Assembly (NCBI GenBank): GCA_031553915.1
Contig: JAVBKT010000009.1
Span: 12,520 to 76,519 of the forward strand
Length of the DNA stretch: 64,000 nt
Direction: 5' to 3'
Source: Bacillota bacterium
Lineage (GTDB): Bacteria > Bacillota > Dehalobacteriia > UBA4068
Shown here: positions 1-9,656 of the stretch, piece by piece
How the letters are laid out: the number at the start of each line of letters is the position of its first letter
Position numbering within the stretch: position 1 is the stretch's first letter
Position numbers and translations under genes: made by a program
The notes under the pieces: generated by a model
What the model was told of the DNA's origin: nothing
Database searches by the model: none
The model's input: the letters and a program-made list of their open reading frames with translations, nothing else

Positions 1-557
1 GGACAGACAAGCCCCCTGACAAGCTATATATCCTGATCAGCGGCAATATTGCCATGGCAAAAGATACCTTGGGCGGCAAACGCAGCCTGAGCAAGAGCAT
101 CACCCAGCCGGGCGAGATGACCGGCGAGGTGCGGCTTTTTTCACCCAAAAAACTGCTGTGGGAATACGCGGTTGCACTGGAAAACAGCTCTGTTTTAGAA
201 ATCGACAGCAGCATCTTTTTGCAGCCGGGCGCGATTGATGCGGATATTCAGATTGTGCTTTTGCGCAATATAATTAGTAATGTCGTCGAAAAAATCGATT
301 ACCTCGGTCAAAAGGTGAGGATACTCTCGCTCTCCTCGGCAAGAGAGCGCATTGCCTTATACCTGCTCAACATTGAGGACAAAAACCGCCGCATGATTTT
401 CAGCGGCACAAGGGAAGAAATCGCCGACTATTTGGGAATGGCGAGACCGTCCTTATCGCGGGAGCTTGGCCGCATGCAGGACGAGGGGATAATTCGCATT
501 GACGGGCACGAGGTGTATATCACCAATCATGATGTCTTTGACGAACTATTTGAATAA
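1..557 (+). CDS. Crp/Fnr family transcriptional regulator, 5'-partial (cNMP-binding domain runs off the window start; C-terminal HTH present)
   Basis: The reading frame is open from base 3 (…YILISGNIAMAKD…). The C-terminal HTH REEIADYLGMARPSLSRELGRMQDEGII is typical of Crp/Fnr DNA-binding domains. Confidence 0.85.
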   Translation, partial: TDKPPDKLYILISGNIAMAKDTLGGKRSLSKSITQPGEMTGEVRLFSPKKLLWEYAVALENSSVLEIDSSIFLQPGAIDADIQIVLLRNIISNVVEKIDYLGQKVRILSLSSARERIALYLLNIEDKNRRMIFSGTREEIADYLGMARPSLSRELGRMQDEGIIRIDGHEVYITNHDVFDELFE

Positions 558-558
558 A

Positions 559-576
559 GCGTAACCCCGGTTACAT
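559..576. promoter_or_regulatory. Palindromic operator cGTAAC-CCCG-GTTACa (site 1 of 4; consensus TGTAAC-N4-GTTACA)
   Basis: Read directly from the sequence. It is a 14-16 bp inverted repeat lying between the crp-like stop and the SDR start. Confidence 0.5.
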
Positions 577-584
577 ACAAATTA

Positions 585-637
585 ATCCCCTTTCGTTATA
601 CTAATTATAAGAAGTACAAACGAAAGGGGATGCTTTT
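585..637 (+). terminator. Terminator-like hairpin with a 13-bp perfect stem and a 3' T-run. The 3' arm contains the SD (AAAGGGGA) of the downstream SDR gene
   Basis: The stem atcccctttcgtt / aacgaaaggggat pairs perfectly around a loop of about 20 nt, followed by gcttttATG. Confidence 0.45.
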
Positions 638-1420
638 ATGAGACTTCAGAATAAGGCCGCTATTATCACCGGCGCAGGCGGAGGCTTTGGGCGGGCTACC
701 GCAATCAAATTTGCCAAAGAGGGCGCCCGCCTGTCTTTGGTTGATCTGAATGAGACAGCGCTGCGCGAGACTGAGGGAATCGTCAAAAAAGCAATGCCCC
801 AGGCGGAAATCCTCTGCACAAAGGCCGATGTCTCCAGTGAGGGGGACGTTAATGCTTTTATCGACGCCACAGTGCAACGCTTCGGCGCTCTGGATATCCT
901 TTTCAACAATGCGGGGATTGAGGGTATTACCGCTCCCATTGATGAAATGCCCTTTGATCTCTTCCAGCGTGATCTGGCCATAAACCTGCACAGCGTGTTC
1001 CTCGGCATGAAATACGCCATTGCCCATATGAAAAATCATGGCGGCGGGAGCATCATCAGCACTGCTTCAGCAGCGGGCATTATAGCCTTCCCCTTCAGCT
1101 CGGGATATGTGGCATCCAAGCACGGCATTATCGGCCTGACCAAGGCTGCCGCTGTTGAATATGGCGCGGCGAATATCAGGACGAACGCCATCTGCCCCGG
1201 TGCGGCAATGACTGAGCTGCATAAACGCACAGCCCGTCAGTTTGCCAAAACAGAGGAAGAGGCCGAGGCCTTTTACCAGGCCAATGCTGAGAACGTGCCG
1301 ATGAAACGCTACGCTAAAGTAGAAGAAATTGCGGATGCAGCGGTTTATCTGGCCAGCGACGAATCCTCTTATGTCAATGGCATTTCCCTGATGGTGGACG
1401 GCGGATTTACAATCGTCTAA
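638..1420 (+). CDS. SDR family NAD(P)-dependent oxidoreductase
   Basis: The ITGAGGGFG Rossmann motif, NNAG and YVASKHG (YxxxK) catalytic motifs are present. The ORF encodes 260 aa. Confidence 0.9.
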   Translation: MRLQNKAAIITGAGGGFGRATAIKFAKEGARLSLVDLNETALRETEGIVKKAMPQAEILCTKADVSSEGDVNAFIDATVQRFGALDILFNNAGIEGITAPIDEMPFDLFQRDLAINLHSVFLGMKYAIAHMKNHGGGSIISTASAAGIIAFPFSSGYVASKHGIIGLTKAAAVEYGAANIRTNAICPGAAMTELHKRTARQFAKTEEEAEAFYQANAENVPMKRYAKVEEIADAAVYLASDESSYVNGISLMVDGGFTIV

Positions 1421-1434
1421 ACTTTTTGACAAAC

Positions 1435-1450
1435 TGTAACCATAGTTACA
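1435..1450. promoter_or_regulatory. Palindromic operator TGTAAC-CATA-GTTACA (site 2)
   Basis: Perfect 6+6 inverted repeat seen in the SDR-amidohydrolase intergenic region. Confidence 0.5.
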
Positions 1451-1453
1451 TTA

Positions 1454-1509
1454 AACAACATCTCCTTCTGGTAGACTTAAACCAACAAACCAAGAGGAGA
1501 TGTTTTATT
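1454..1509 (+). terminator. Hairpin aacatctcct / aggagatgtt followed by a T-run. Its 3' arm is the SD of the amidohydrolase gene
   Basis: 10-bp perfect inverted repeat with a loop of about 30 nt, then gttttattATG. Confidence 0.4.
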
Positions 1510-2508
1510 ATGAAACTTATTGCTATAGAAGAGCACTATATGTCCCAGGCAGTCAACGAGCAGTATATGCAGGTCATGACCAAAATCGTCAGCCCGGCGG
1601 AACGCGCCCGGCTGGAGGGTTTGCAGACATTTCTGGCAAACAGCAGCATCAGCGATTTGGCTGAAATACGCATCGCCACCATGGATAAGCAAGGCGTTGA
1701 TCTACAGGTGATCTCCTACGGCAATAACAGCCCGCAGGATTTGCCCTCTGATGCCGCTGTTCCGCTGTGCAGACAGGCCAATGACGAGCTGGCAACAGCT
1801 ATTCGCCAGCACCCTACCCGCTTCGCCGGCTATGCCGCGCTGCCAATGGGCAATCCCCAGGCAGCCGCGGATGAGCTGAGCCGCGCAGCAAATGAGCTTG
1901 GATTCAAGGGCGCCTCTTTGAACGGCAACTACAACGGCAGGTTCTTTGACGAACCGGAGTTTTTCCCCATCTTCCAAAGAGCGGCGGATCTGGACGTCCC
2001 CATCTATTTCCACCCCGGCTTCCCCAATGAAAAGGTGGCGGACTATTATTATCAGGGTGAAAATATTCCCGCTGCCGTGTCTGCTGTGTTTGGCTCTTAT
2101 GGTTACGGCTGGCATGTGGATGTGGGTATTCATATGATGCGGATGATTCTATCGGGCATCTTTGACAAGCTCCCGAGCCTGAAGCTGATAACCGGCCACT
2201 GGGGTGAGCTTGTCCCCTACTATTTCGACCGTATCGATGAGATGATTCCGGAAAGCATCACCGGCCTCGGACGTCCGTTCTCGCAGATTTACAAGGAGCA
2301 TGTCTATATTACTCCCAGTGGCATTGCCAGCCGCGGACCGGCTATGCTGACCATCAATGAGATGGGCGCGGAACATGTGTTGTGGTCGCACGACTTCCCC
2401 TATGTGAAGCGGAATAATGTCCACGATTTCCTCATGGATCTGCCCATCAGTCAGGCAGACAAAGAAAAAATCGCACACCAGAACGCGGAAGCGCTACTGA
2501 AATTATAA
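1510..2508 (+). CDS. Amidohydrolase family 2 protein (ACMSD/2-pyrone-dicarboxylate hydrolase-like metal-dependent hydrolase)
   Basis: The N-terminus MKLIAIEEHY is typical of PF04909-type amidohydrolases. The start was chosen at the internal ATG with the AAGAGGAG SD, because the longer ORF would overlap the operator. Confidence 0.75.
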   Translation: MKLIAIEEHYMSQAVNEQYMQVMTKIVSPAERARLEGLQTFLANSSISDLAEIRIATMDKQGVDLQVISYGNNSPQDLPSDAAVPLCRQANDELATAIRQHPTRFAGYAALPMGNPQAAADELSRAANELGFKGASLNGNYNGRFFDEPEFFPIFQRAADLDVPIYFHPGFPNEKVADYYYQGENIPAAVSAVFGSYGYGWHVDVGIHMMRMILSGIFDKLPSLKLITGHWGELVPYYFDRIDEMIPESITGLGRPFSQIYKEHVYITPSGIASRGPAMLTINEMGAEHVLWSHDFPYVKRNNVHDFLMDLPISQADKEKIAHQNAEALLKL

Positions 2509-2523
2509 ACAGGAGAATTCATC

Positions 2524-2784
2524 ATGTTAAACGCCGAGCAATTAATACAAACCAGTATAGAAATGAAAGAAAACCTGAGGATTTCCGCATTAACGCCGGA
2601 GATAGTCTGCGCTGATCTTGATATCAGCAGCAGCGCGCTGGCTGCGGTGCTTGATATGTCAGGCGCGGACCCAACCACTGTTTGGCGGGTGCGGGATTAT
2701 CTGCTGCGGAAAATTGAAGAACAGGGTAAAAGTCCCTTGCCCTTTTCCGCCCTGAAGACGAACATCTGGTATCGCTACGATTAA
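2524..2784 (+). CDS. Small conserved protein (DUF2316-like), paralog of 4313..4582
   Basis: 86 aa. Shares (D/N)PTxVWxxRDYxxxKxxEQGKxPxPxS with the second copy. Confidence 0.6.
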   Translation: MLNAEQLIQTSIEMKENLRISALTPEIVCADLDISSSALAAVLDMSGADPTTVWRVRDYLLRKIEEQGKSPLPFSALKTNIWYRYD

Positions 2785-2798
2785 TGGGAGAGGGAACC

Positions 2799-4247
2799 AT
2801 GACGCAGGATAATAATCTATCAACACAAACTATGGAGAGCGCCCAGCAAAGTAATCCCTTGGGCTCCGCTCCTGTCTGGCCCCAGCTATTCCGCTTTGGC
2901 ATACCGGCTATGATCAGCCTGCTGGTGGGCGCGATTTACAATATCACCGACCAAATATTTATCGGCAATGTAGTGGGCATGTACGGCAACGCCGCTACCA
3001 ATGTGGCTTTGCCGCTGGTAACGCTGGTGCAGGCTATCGCCACCTTAATCGCCTTTGGCTCCTCCGCAAACTTTACGATCAGCATCGGCGCGGAAAACAA
3101 AAAAGACGGCGCGCGTTTCACCGGCAATGCCATTAGCCTGTCCATCATTAGCGGTGTTGCTGTTATGGCAATCACTCTCGTTTTTCTCGACCCGCTTATC
3201 AATCTTTTCGGGGCCAGCGTAAACTCTGCGCCGCTCGCAGCAACCTATATTCAAATCACTGCACTCGGCTTCCCCTTTTTGCTCTTTTCGGTTGCCTGTA
3301 CGGATTTGATCCGCTCGGACGGCAGCCCTACCTTTGCCATGATCGCCTCCATTACCGGCGCTGTGATCAATGTCGGGCTGGACGCGCTCTTTATGTTCGT
3401 TTTTGAATGGGGCATTGCCGGCGCAGCTTGGGCAACGGTCATCGGGCAAATTATCTCCGCCGGATTGATAGCCGCCTACTTTACCCGGTTTAAGAGCCTT
3501 AAACTGACAAGAGACGATTTGAAACCACGGAAGGCTATTGTTGGCCCCATCATCAGGCTGGGTATTCCCGGGTTTTTCGGCAGCTTCACTTCCATGGCAG
3601 TGCAAATTACCATGAACAGAACCATGAGCTATTATGGCGGGCTTTCAATATACGGCAGTGATATCCCCTTTGCCGTGATGGCGGTTGTTTCCAGAATCAA
3701 TATTATCGTATACGCCATCAATGCCGGATTTTCGATGGGCGCCAACCCGATGATCGGCTATAACCTGGGGGCAAAAAATTACAAAAGAGTGCGTGAGGTT
3801 TTCCTCAAATGCGCGCTGGCGATTACGATTTCATCGGCCATTTTTACCGCTATTTTCCAAATCTTCCCCGAGCAGGTGGTCAGCATCTTTGGCGGCGGCA
3901 CTGCGGAATATTTCGAATTTGCCGTGAAATATATGCGCATCTTTATCATGCTGATGCCTATCAGCGGGCTGGTGTCTCTGTGTTCCTTCTTTATCACAAC
4001 TACCGGCAAATCATTGCAGGGGCTGATACTGTCCGTTTCCCGGCAAGGCATCCCGCTGATTATCCTGGCTATAATTTTGCCCCGCTTTTTCGGCATTGAC
4101 GGCATTTTGTGGGCCGGGCTGATCGGGGACGCGATTGCCATGATACTCGCGACGATCTTTATCATACCGGTGCTGCGGGATTTAGGCAAAGACACTACAG
4201 AAAAAAATACCCTAGAGGTATCAGGGGAAAAAGCCTTGGAGATGTAA
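2799..4247 (+). CDS. MATE family efflux transporter
   Basis: About 480 aa polytopic membrane protein with MATE-like architecture of 12 TM helices. The SD is GGGAGAGGG. Confidence 0.85.
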   Translation: MTQDNNLSTQTMESAQQSNPLGSAPVWPQLFRFGIPAMISLLVGAIYNITDQIFIGNVVGMYGNAATNVALPLVTLVQAIATLIAFGSSANFTISIGAENKKDGARFTGNAISLSIISGVAVMAITLVFLDPLINLFGASVNSAPLAATYIQITALGFPFLLFSVACTDLIRSDGSPTFAMIASITGAVINVGLDALFMFVFEWGIAGAAWATVIGQIISAGLIAAYFTRFKSLKLTRDDLKPRKAIVGPIIRLGIPGFFGSFTSMAVQITMNRTMSYYGGLSIYGSDIPFAVMAVVSRINIIVYAINAGFSMGANPMIGYNLGAKNYKRVREVFLKCALAITISSAIFTAIFQIFPEQVVSIFGGGTAEYFEFAVKYMRIFIMLMPISGLVSLCSFFITTTGKSLQGLILSVSRQGIPLIILAIILPRFFGIDGILWAGLIGDAIAMILATIFIIPVLRDLGKDTTEKNTLEVSGEKALEM

Positions 4248-4312
4248 ACCAAAAATCAGACAAACTGTTTCCACAACAAATAAATATTTCAATTATGAAA
4301 GAAGGTCTTAAT

Positions 4313-4582
4313 ATGTTAACAGCACAAGAAAAAAGACAACAGGCTATTGAGTTAAATGAAAATTATCGCGCTTTGGGCTATCCATGCGAACGCATCTTGG
4401 CGGATATAAAAATCAGCGGAGCCGAGCTTGATGCGGTGCTGGCCATGGAAAATGAAAACCCGACAGCTGTGTGGATGCTGCGGGATTATATGGACGAAAA
4501 GCTGCGCGAGCAGGGCAAAATTCCCCGTCCCTATTCAAAGGGTTCAGTCAATATCTATTTCCCTTATAGAAAAACCTGGTGA
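4313..4582 (+). CDS. Small conserved protein (DUF2316-like), paralog of 2524..2784
   Basis: 89 aa from the internal ATG with the GAAAGAAGG SD. It aligns with the first copy over its whole length. Confidence 0.6.
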   Translation: MLTAQEKRQQAIELNENYRALGYPCERILADIKISGAELDAVLAMENENPTAVWMLRDYMDEKLREQGKIPRPYSKGSVNIYFPYRKTW

Positions 4583-4614
4583 GCATTGCTCACTTTATGA
4601 AAGAAGGTGCAAAA

Positions 4615-5127
4615 ATGAAAAAACAAATTATTATTTTGACTGCGGTGTTGTCAATAGCTATACTCTTTTCTGCTTGCAGCACTGTCAATAATGAACCCTC
4701 TGACAGCACACCATCAGCAACCCTGCCAGCCTCTGATCCGGTGGAGCAACCAGCCGACACACCGGCGACAGAGCCGGAGTCTTCTCCTGATACAGAAGGT
4801 ACCGGATCAAACGCCATCAATGTTGTGGAGCTGTACAATGAGTTCATCGCCGACCTCTCGGCTGCGACAGATAAATATAGCGGCGAAAGCATTACCGCCA
4901 CCGGCGTTGTTATCCGCACCGGAGCGGATATTCACGGCACGCCATCCATTGAATTATCTGATAGCGAAGACGGACAAATCTACGTTCTATATGTTGTCAA
5001 TTCCTTCGACCAGCTCGATGAGGTGTCTGTCGGCGAAACAGTAACGATGAAAGGTAATTTTCACGTTTTTAGTTCCGCTGAGTGGGGCGTCGTCATCAAG
5101 CAGGGTGAAGTTATAGAAAAGGAGTGA
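4615..5127 (+). CDS. Lipoprotein with a C-terminal OB-fold (tRNA_anti-like) domain
   Basis: Signal peptide plus lipobox LFSAC, a Pro/Ser/Thr linker, then a domain sharing GxPSIELSDS… with the 9311..9640 protein. Confidence 0.7.
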   Translation: MKKQIIILTAVLSIAILFSACSTVNNEPSDSTPSATLPASDPVEQPADTPATEPESSPDTEGTGSNAINVVELYNEFIADLSAATDKYSGESITATGVVIRTGADIHGTPSIELSDSEDGQIYVLYVVNSFDQLDEVSVGETVTMKGNFHVFSSAEWGVVIKQGEVIEKE

Positions 5128-5131
5128 TCTC

Positions 5132-6406
5132 ATGAAAAAAATAACTGCTCTAGGGCTTAGTATATTGCTGTTTGCCGGTATACTGGCAGGGTGTGCCAGC
5201 ACACCGACAGACGACCCTGCACCGCCTGTAACCCCTCCGGCTGATAATCAGCCGGCAGACATTGATTCCCGGGTGCTGATTGTTTATTATTCGCTTTCGG
5301 GTAATACTGAAAACGTCGCCAAGATGATAGAGACAAAAACCGGCGCTGACCTTTATCTGCTGGAACCGGAAACCCCCTACCCCAGCTCTACCGAGGCTAC
5401 TGGCACAGAAATGCAAGCGGAGCGGGATAATAACTCCATCCGTGAACTAACGGGCACTTTACCGGATCTGTCTGATTATGATTATATTCTCATTGGCGGG
5501 CCGGTATGGTCCGGGCTGCCGTCTAATCCCGTACAGAAATATTTAAGCCTTAATGATTTTACCGGCAAGCAGGTATCCGGGTTCTGGACAGCATACGGCG
5601 ACCCTGCCAATTATGCGGATGAATTCGCGGCGCTGGTTACTAACGGCTCTGTTCTGGAAGGACTCAGCTTAGTCAGTGCCGATGTTTCGGACAGCGCCGT
5701 GCTTAATGCCAAAATAGATGCCTGGCTGGAATCATTAGGTCTTCCTCAAGCATCCGGCTCTGCCGCAGCCGCTGATATTACTGTCCGCAAGTTTGACAGC
5801 ACCGGCCCGCGGGCCTGGACCGCTTCCTTCCATGTCATCAGCTCCGAAAAAGGGAATATCCTCATCGATCCCGGCAAGTATGACGATGAGCTTGCCGAGT
5901 ATATCGAATCAATCGGCGGCGTGGAGGCGATTCTCATCACACACGGGCATTGGGATAAGCTGAGAGGTCTTGACGAGGCAGTTGCGGCCAATCCCGACGC
6001 CACCGTCTATGTTCATGAGCTGGATTATCCCTATTTCAGCGATCCCGTACGCAACTGCTCAATCGAGCAGGGCTTTGAAGGCATAACAGAAACCCCAGCC
6101 GAGACGCTGGTTGAGGGCACTTATCAAATCGCCGGGTACACAGTTGAGGTGATTCACACGCCCGGGCATACCGAGGGCTCCAGCCTCTTTTACTTCCCGG
6201 ATGAAAATATGCTGATCGGCGGTGACACCATCATGGCTGATCTGGTAGCCGGATCTGAGCATCCGGGCGGAAATGAAGCTGACCGGCAGGCATCTATTCA
6301 AAAATTTAAAGAGCTGGTGTTTCCTGACGACATGAAGATTTATAGCGGCCACGGCGCAGACACCACTTATGCCGAGTTGATGCAAACAAACAGGGATTTG
6401 CAGTAA
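5132..6406 (+). CDS. Lipoprotein: N-terminal flavodoxin-like (flavodoxin_4) domain fused to a C-terminal MBL-fold metallo-hydrolase domain
   Basis: Lipobox LAGCAS. The flavodoxin-like segment is LIVYYSLSGNTENVAKMIE. The MBL segment has HGHWDK and HTPGHTEGS motifs. Confidence 0.8.
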   Translation: MKKITALGLSILLFAGILAGCASTPTDDPAPPVTPPADNQPADIDSRVLIVYYSLSGNTENVAKMIETKTGADLYLLEPETPYPSSTEATGTEMQAERDNNSIRELTGTLPDLSDYDYILIGGPVWSGLPSNPVQKYLSLNDFTGKQVSGFWTAYGDPANYADEFAALVTNGSVLEGLSLVSADVSDSAVLNAKIDAWLESLGLPQASGSAAAADITVRKFDSTGPRAWTASFHVISSEKGNILIDPGKYDDELAEYIESIGGVEAILITHGHWDKLRGLDEAVAANPDATVYVHELDYPYFSDPVRNCSIEQGFEGITETPAETLVEGTYQIAGYTVEVIHTPGHTEGSSLFYFPDENMLIGGDTIMADLVAGSEHPGGNEADRQASIQKFKELVFPDDMKIYSGHGADTTYAELMQTNRDLQ

Positions 6407-6454
6407 AAAGGCAAGTCTCACCAAAATATTAGCTCTGCTGACAAAAATCACAAA

Positions 6455-6472
6455 ATGTAACTACGGTTACAT
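6455..6472. promoter_or_regulatory. Perfect 18-bp palindromic operator ATGTAAC-TACG-GTTACAT (site 3)
   Basis: Seen upstream of the P-type ATPase gene. Confidence 0.5.
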
Positions 6473-6480
6473 AAAATTTT

Positions 6481-6530
6481 ATCTCCTTTTGATAAACTGT
6501 AAATAACAGATCAAAAGGAGATTTTTATTC
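6481..6530 (+). terminator. Hairpin atctccttttgat / atcaaaaggagat followed by TTTTTATT
   Basis: 13-bp perfect stem with a 16-nt loop and T-run. It sits downstream of the MBL lipoprotein gene and upstream of the ATPase. Confidence 0.5.
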
Positions 6531-6576
6531 GCGCGGGACATAAACCCCGTACTATTATCAGGAAAGGAGAGAGGCT

Positions 6577-9270
6577 ATGACAAATTGGTATGAACCCGAA
6601 CTCTCATCCGTGCTAACGGAACTGAACACTGACGCTAAAGAGGGGCTTTCTGAAAAAAGTATCCCTGCCCGGCAGGCTGAGAGCGGAAAAAATGAATTCA
6701 TTTCCGTCAAAAAAACCAGTCTGCCTAAACGAATACTCTATCAGCTGCAGGATGTCTCTATTATTGTCCTGCTGATTGCAGCCGCCTTGTCCTTTGCCCT
6801 GGCTCTGTACCAGAACAGCGGACTGATCGAGCCAATTGTCATTTTGGCCATCGTCATTCTCAATGTAGTTTTGGCCATCACGCAGGAGGGGCGGGCGGAA
6901 AAGGCTTTGGAAGCCTTGGCCGATCTCAATGCGCCCACCTGCACTGTTATCCGGGACGGCGTACACGCAACCATTGATACCGCAGAACTCGTGCCGGGAG
7001 ATATTATTGTGCTGGAAACCGGCTCTATTGTCCCGGCTGATGCCAGAATCCTCGAAGCCACCGGGCTCTTTTCCGATGAATCCTCTTTAACCGGGGAAAG
7101 CGAGCCGGCAGAAAAGGATGTGTCCGCCCTTTTATCCGGCCAAATCAGCTTAGGCGATCAAGATAATATGGTGTTTTCCGGCTGCGCTATTACGGCCGGT
7201 CATGGCTTGGCAGTAGTCACCGCTATTGGCATGAATACGCAAATGGGGCAAATTGCCAGCCATCTGCATACAGAGACGCGGGTGAAAACCCCGCTGCAAA
7301 TGCGCCTGGACCGCCTGGGCCGGATGATAAGCTGGATCGCAATTGCTGCTGCTTTTGTACTGCTGGCAGTGGGCCTGCGCGGCGGTACTGATTTCCCCAC
7401 CATGATTATGATTGCTATCTCCATGGCAGTGGCGGCTGTGCCGGAAACGCTATCCCTCATTGTAACCCTGTCCTTGACCAATGGCGTACAGAAAATGGTC
7501 GGCAAAAACGCTTTAATCCGCAAGCTGCCGGCAGTTGAAACCTTGGGCAGCATCTCTGTTATTTGCTCGGATAAGACCGGAACCCTGACCCAAAACCGTA
7601 TGACTATCCAACAGCTGTGGCTAACCGGCGAGGCGCTTTTTTCCAGCAACTGCGATTTCACTAGGCCGCAAATACGCTTCCTGATGATGCTGGCAATGGC
7701 CAGCAATGCCACTGCCGAGCCTGATGCGCAGGGTGTTACGCAATTTCGCGGCGACGCTACAGAGGTGGCCATCATGCGGCTGCTTGATGAAAAAGGCTAT
7801 AACAAATCTACCGCTGAGCAACAGTTCCCCAAGATAGGGGAAGTCCCCTTCTCTTCGGAACGGAAGCTTATGACGGTGGCACTTAAATCCAAGGACGGCG
7901 GATATACTATCCTTACTAAAGGCGCGCTGGACCGGATGCCCCTGCGGCAGATGACCGCAGAAGAAGAGGCTGAATTCCAAAGCGCGCATGATTCCTTTGC
8001 TGAAGGAGCCCTGAGAGTCATTGCCTTGGGCTATAAACATCTCGACGAGCTGCCGGATCTCGCCCACTTGGAAGAAGAGGAAAAAGATTTGACCTTGATG
8101 GGGCTGATTGGCCTGATTGACCCGCCGCGGCCGGAAGCGAAAGAGGCCATTCAAAAGGCTAAGATGGCAGGTGTCCGCACCGTAATGATTACCGGAGACC
8201 ATGCTGTAACCGCGGAGGCCATTGCCAAAGAGCTAGGGATTCTGACCGAGGGGCAGCGGGTGCTAACTGGCGCGCAGCTGGCGGAAATGCATGAGCAAGA
8301 GCTATACGACACTATCCAAAACTACTCGGTATATGCCCGTGTTTCTCCGGAGGATAAGATCCGCATTGTCAAGGCCTGGCAGGCCAATGGCGACGTGGTA
8401 GCCATGACCGGCGACGGCGTCAATGACGCGCCAGCATTGAGAGCGGCGGATGTCGGCATTGCCATGGGTAAGGCCGGAACAGAGGTCGCCAAAAACGCCT
8501 CTGACATGATACTGACAGACGACAACTTTGCCACCATCGTAGAGGCAGTCAGCGAGGGCCGCAATGTCTATGAAAACATCAAGAAAACTATTTACTTTTT
8601 GCTGGTGTGCAATCTCAGTGAAATTGTCATTATGCTCTTTTCTCAGATTGCCGGTTGGGGCATCTTTTTAACACCCATTATGCTGCTGCTGATTAACCTG
8701 CTGGGCGACGGTATTCCCGGCTTCCAGCTATCGCGGGGGGTTTCTGATGAGAATATTATGGATCGCAAACCCATCCAGCGCGATCAAAGCTTTTTCAGCG
8801 AAGACCTGTTGATTCCGATCATCAGACAGACTATAGCCTGCTCAGCGGTATCTCTGGCTGCTTTCTTCTTTGGCGCTTTCATTGCGGTATCAGCCGCTGT
8901 TGCGCCCAATGTGGCCATTGGTCAAACCATGGCCTTCCTCACTGTCGGCTTTACTTCTATTCTGCATATTTTCAATGTACGCAGCCGCAAGTCAATATTC
9001 AAGGTCTCTCTTAGCAGCAATAAGCCCCTAGTGGTCAGCGCTGTGCTTATGCTCGGCGTATTCATTGTCATGGCACTCACACCGCCGCTCCAAAGCCTCT
9101 TCGGTTTGACCGCGCTCAGCGGTATACATTGGCTGATTGTCATCGGCTTTTCTATCATCCCCACCCTCGTCCGCGAAATGGGTGTGCGGATTGACAATAA
9201 TCCCTATGTGCTGGCAAAACGGCGCCGGAAACACGAACTGTTGCACCGCACAGCAGCTGAGGAGCAGTAA
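6577..9270 (+). CDS. Cation-translocating P-type ATPase (Ca2+-type, P2 family)
   Basis: ICSDKTGTLTQN phosphorylation motif, MITGDH, TGDGVNDAPAL, and 10 TM segments across 897 aa. Confidence 0.9.
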   Translation: MTNWYEPELSSVLTELNTDAKEGLSEKSIPARQAESGKNEFISVKKTSLPKRILYQLQDVSIIVLLIAAALSFALALYQNSGLIEPIVILAIVILNVVLAITQEGRAEKALEALADLNAPTCTVIRDGVHATIDTAELVPGDIIVLETGSIVPADARILEATGLFSDESSLTGESEPAEKDVSALLSGQISLGDQDNMVFSGCAITAGHGLAVVTAIGMNTQMGQIASHLHTETRVKTPLQMRLDRLGRMISWIAIAAAFVLLAVGLRGGTDFPTMIMIAISMAVAAVPETLSLIVTLSLTNGVQKMVGKNALIRKLPAVETLGSISVICSDKTGTLTQNRMTIQQLWLTGEALFSSNCDFTRPQIRFLMMLAMASNATAEPDAQGVTQFRGDATEVAIMRLLDEKGYNKSTAEQQFPKIGEVPFSSERKLMTVALKSKDGGYTILTKGALDRMPLRQMTAEEEAEFQSAHDSFAEGALRVIALGYKHLDELPDLAHLEEEEKDLTLMGLIGLIDPPRPEAKEAIQKAKMAGVRTVMITGDHAVTAEAIAKELGILTEGQRVLTGAQLAEMHEQELYDTIQNYSVYARVSPEDKIRIVKAWQANGDVVAMTGDGVNDAPALRAADVGIAMGKAGTEVAKNASDMILTDDNFATIVEAVSEGRNVYENIKKTIYFLLVCNLSEIVIMLFSQIAGWGIFLTPIMLLLINLLGDGIPGFQLSRGVSDENIMDRKPIQRDQSFFSEDLLIPIIRQTIACSAVSLAAFFFGAFIAVSAAVAPNVAIGQTMAFLTVGFTSILHIFNVRSRKSIFKVSLSSNKPLVVSAVLMLGVFIVMALTPPLQSLFGLTALSGIHWLIVIGFSIIPTLVREMGVRIDNNPYVLAKRRRKHELLHRTAAEEQ

Positions 9271-9310
9271 TGTGCCACGTTTTTATCTGGATCAGAATTG
9301 GAGAATTGAT

Positions 9311-9640
9311 ATGAACCAACAAATACCACCAGCTATCAGCGCCGCGGATTTATATGGCGTTTTTCAAACAAATATAGCAGAAGCAAAACAACTATATATC
9401 GGACAAAATCTTGTGGTCAGCGGTATTATTGCCTACATCGGGCCGGATATGTACGGTCTTCCCTCGATTGAGCTATCTGATAGCTCAACAAAACGTTCCC
9501 AGACCCTATTTGTGTTTCGTTCCGGCTTTCCCAAAGATATAGTGCTGGAACGGGGAATGCTAATCACCATATCCGGAGAATGTATAGATGTAATGCCTGA
9601 CGGCATGGTTGTGATCAAAAAGTGTGAAATTGAAAAATAA
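9311..9640 (+). CDS. OB-fold (tRNA_anti-like) protein, paralog of the domain in 4615..5127
   Basis: Shares LY..F……GxPSIELSDS…. There is no signal peptide. The start was chosen at the ATG after the GGAGAAT SD. Confidence 0.6.
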   Translation: MNQQIPPAISAADLYGVFQTNIAEAKQLYIGQNLVVSGIIAYIGPDMYGLPSIELSDSSTKRSQTLFVFRSGFPKDIVLERGMLITISGECIDVMPDGMVVIKKCEIEK

Positions 9641-9656
9641 AAGGAGCTGACAATAA

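Noticed and set aside
1426-1509. Longer N-terminal extension of the amidohydrolase ORF (start at 1426)
   Set aside because: The extension would read through the palindromic operator and the hairpin. The conserved family N-terminus (MKLIAIEEH) begins at 1510, directly after a good SD.
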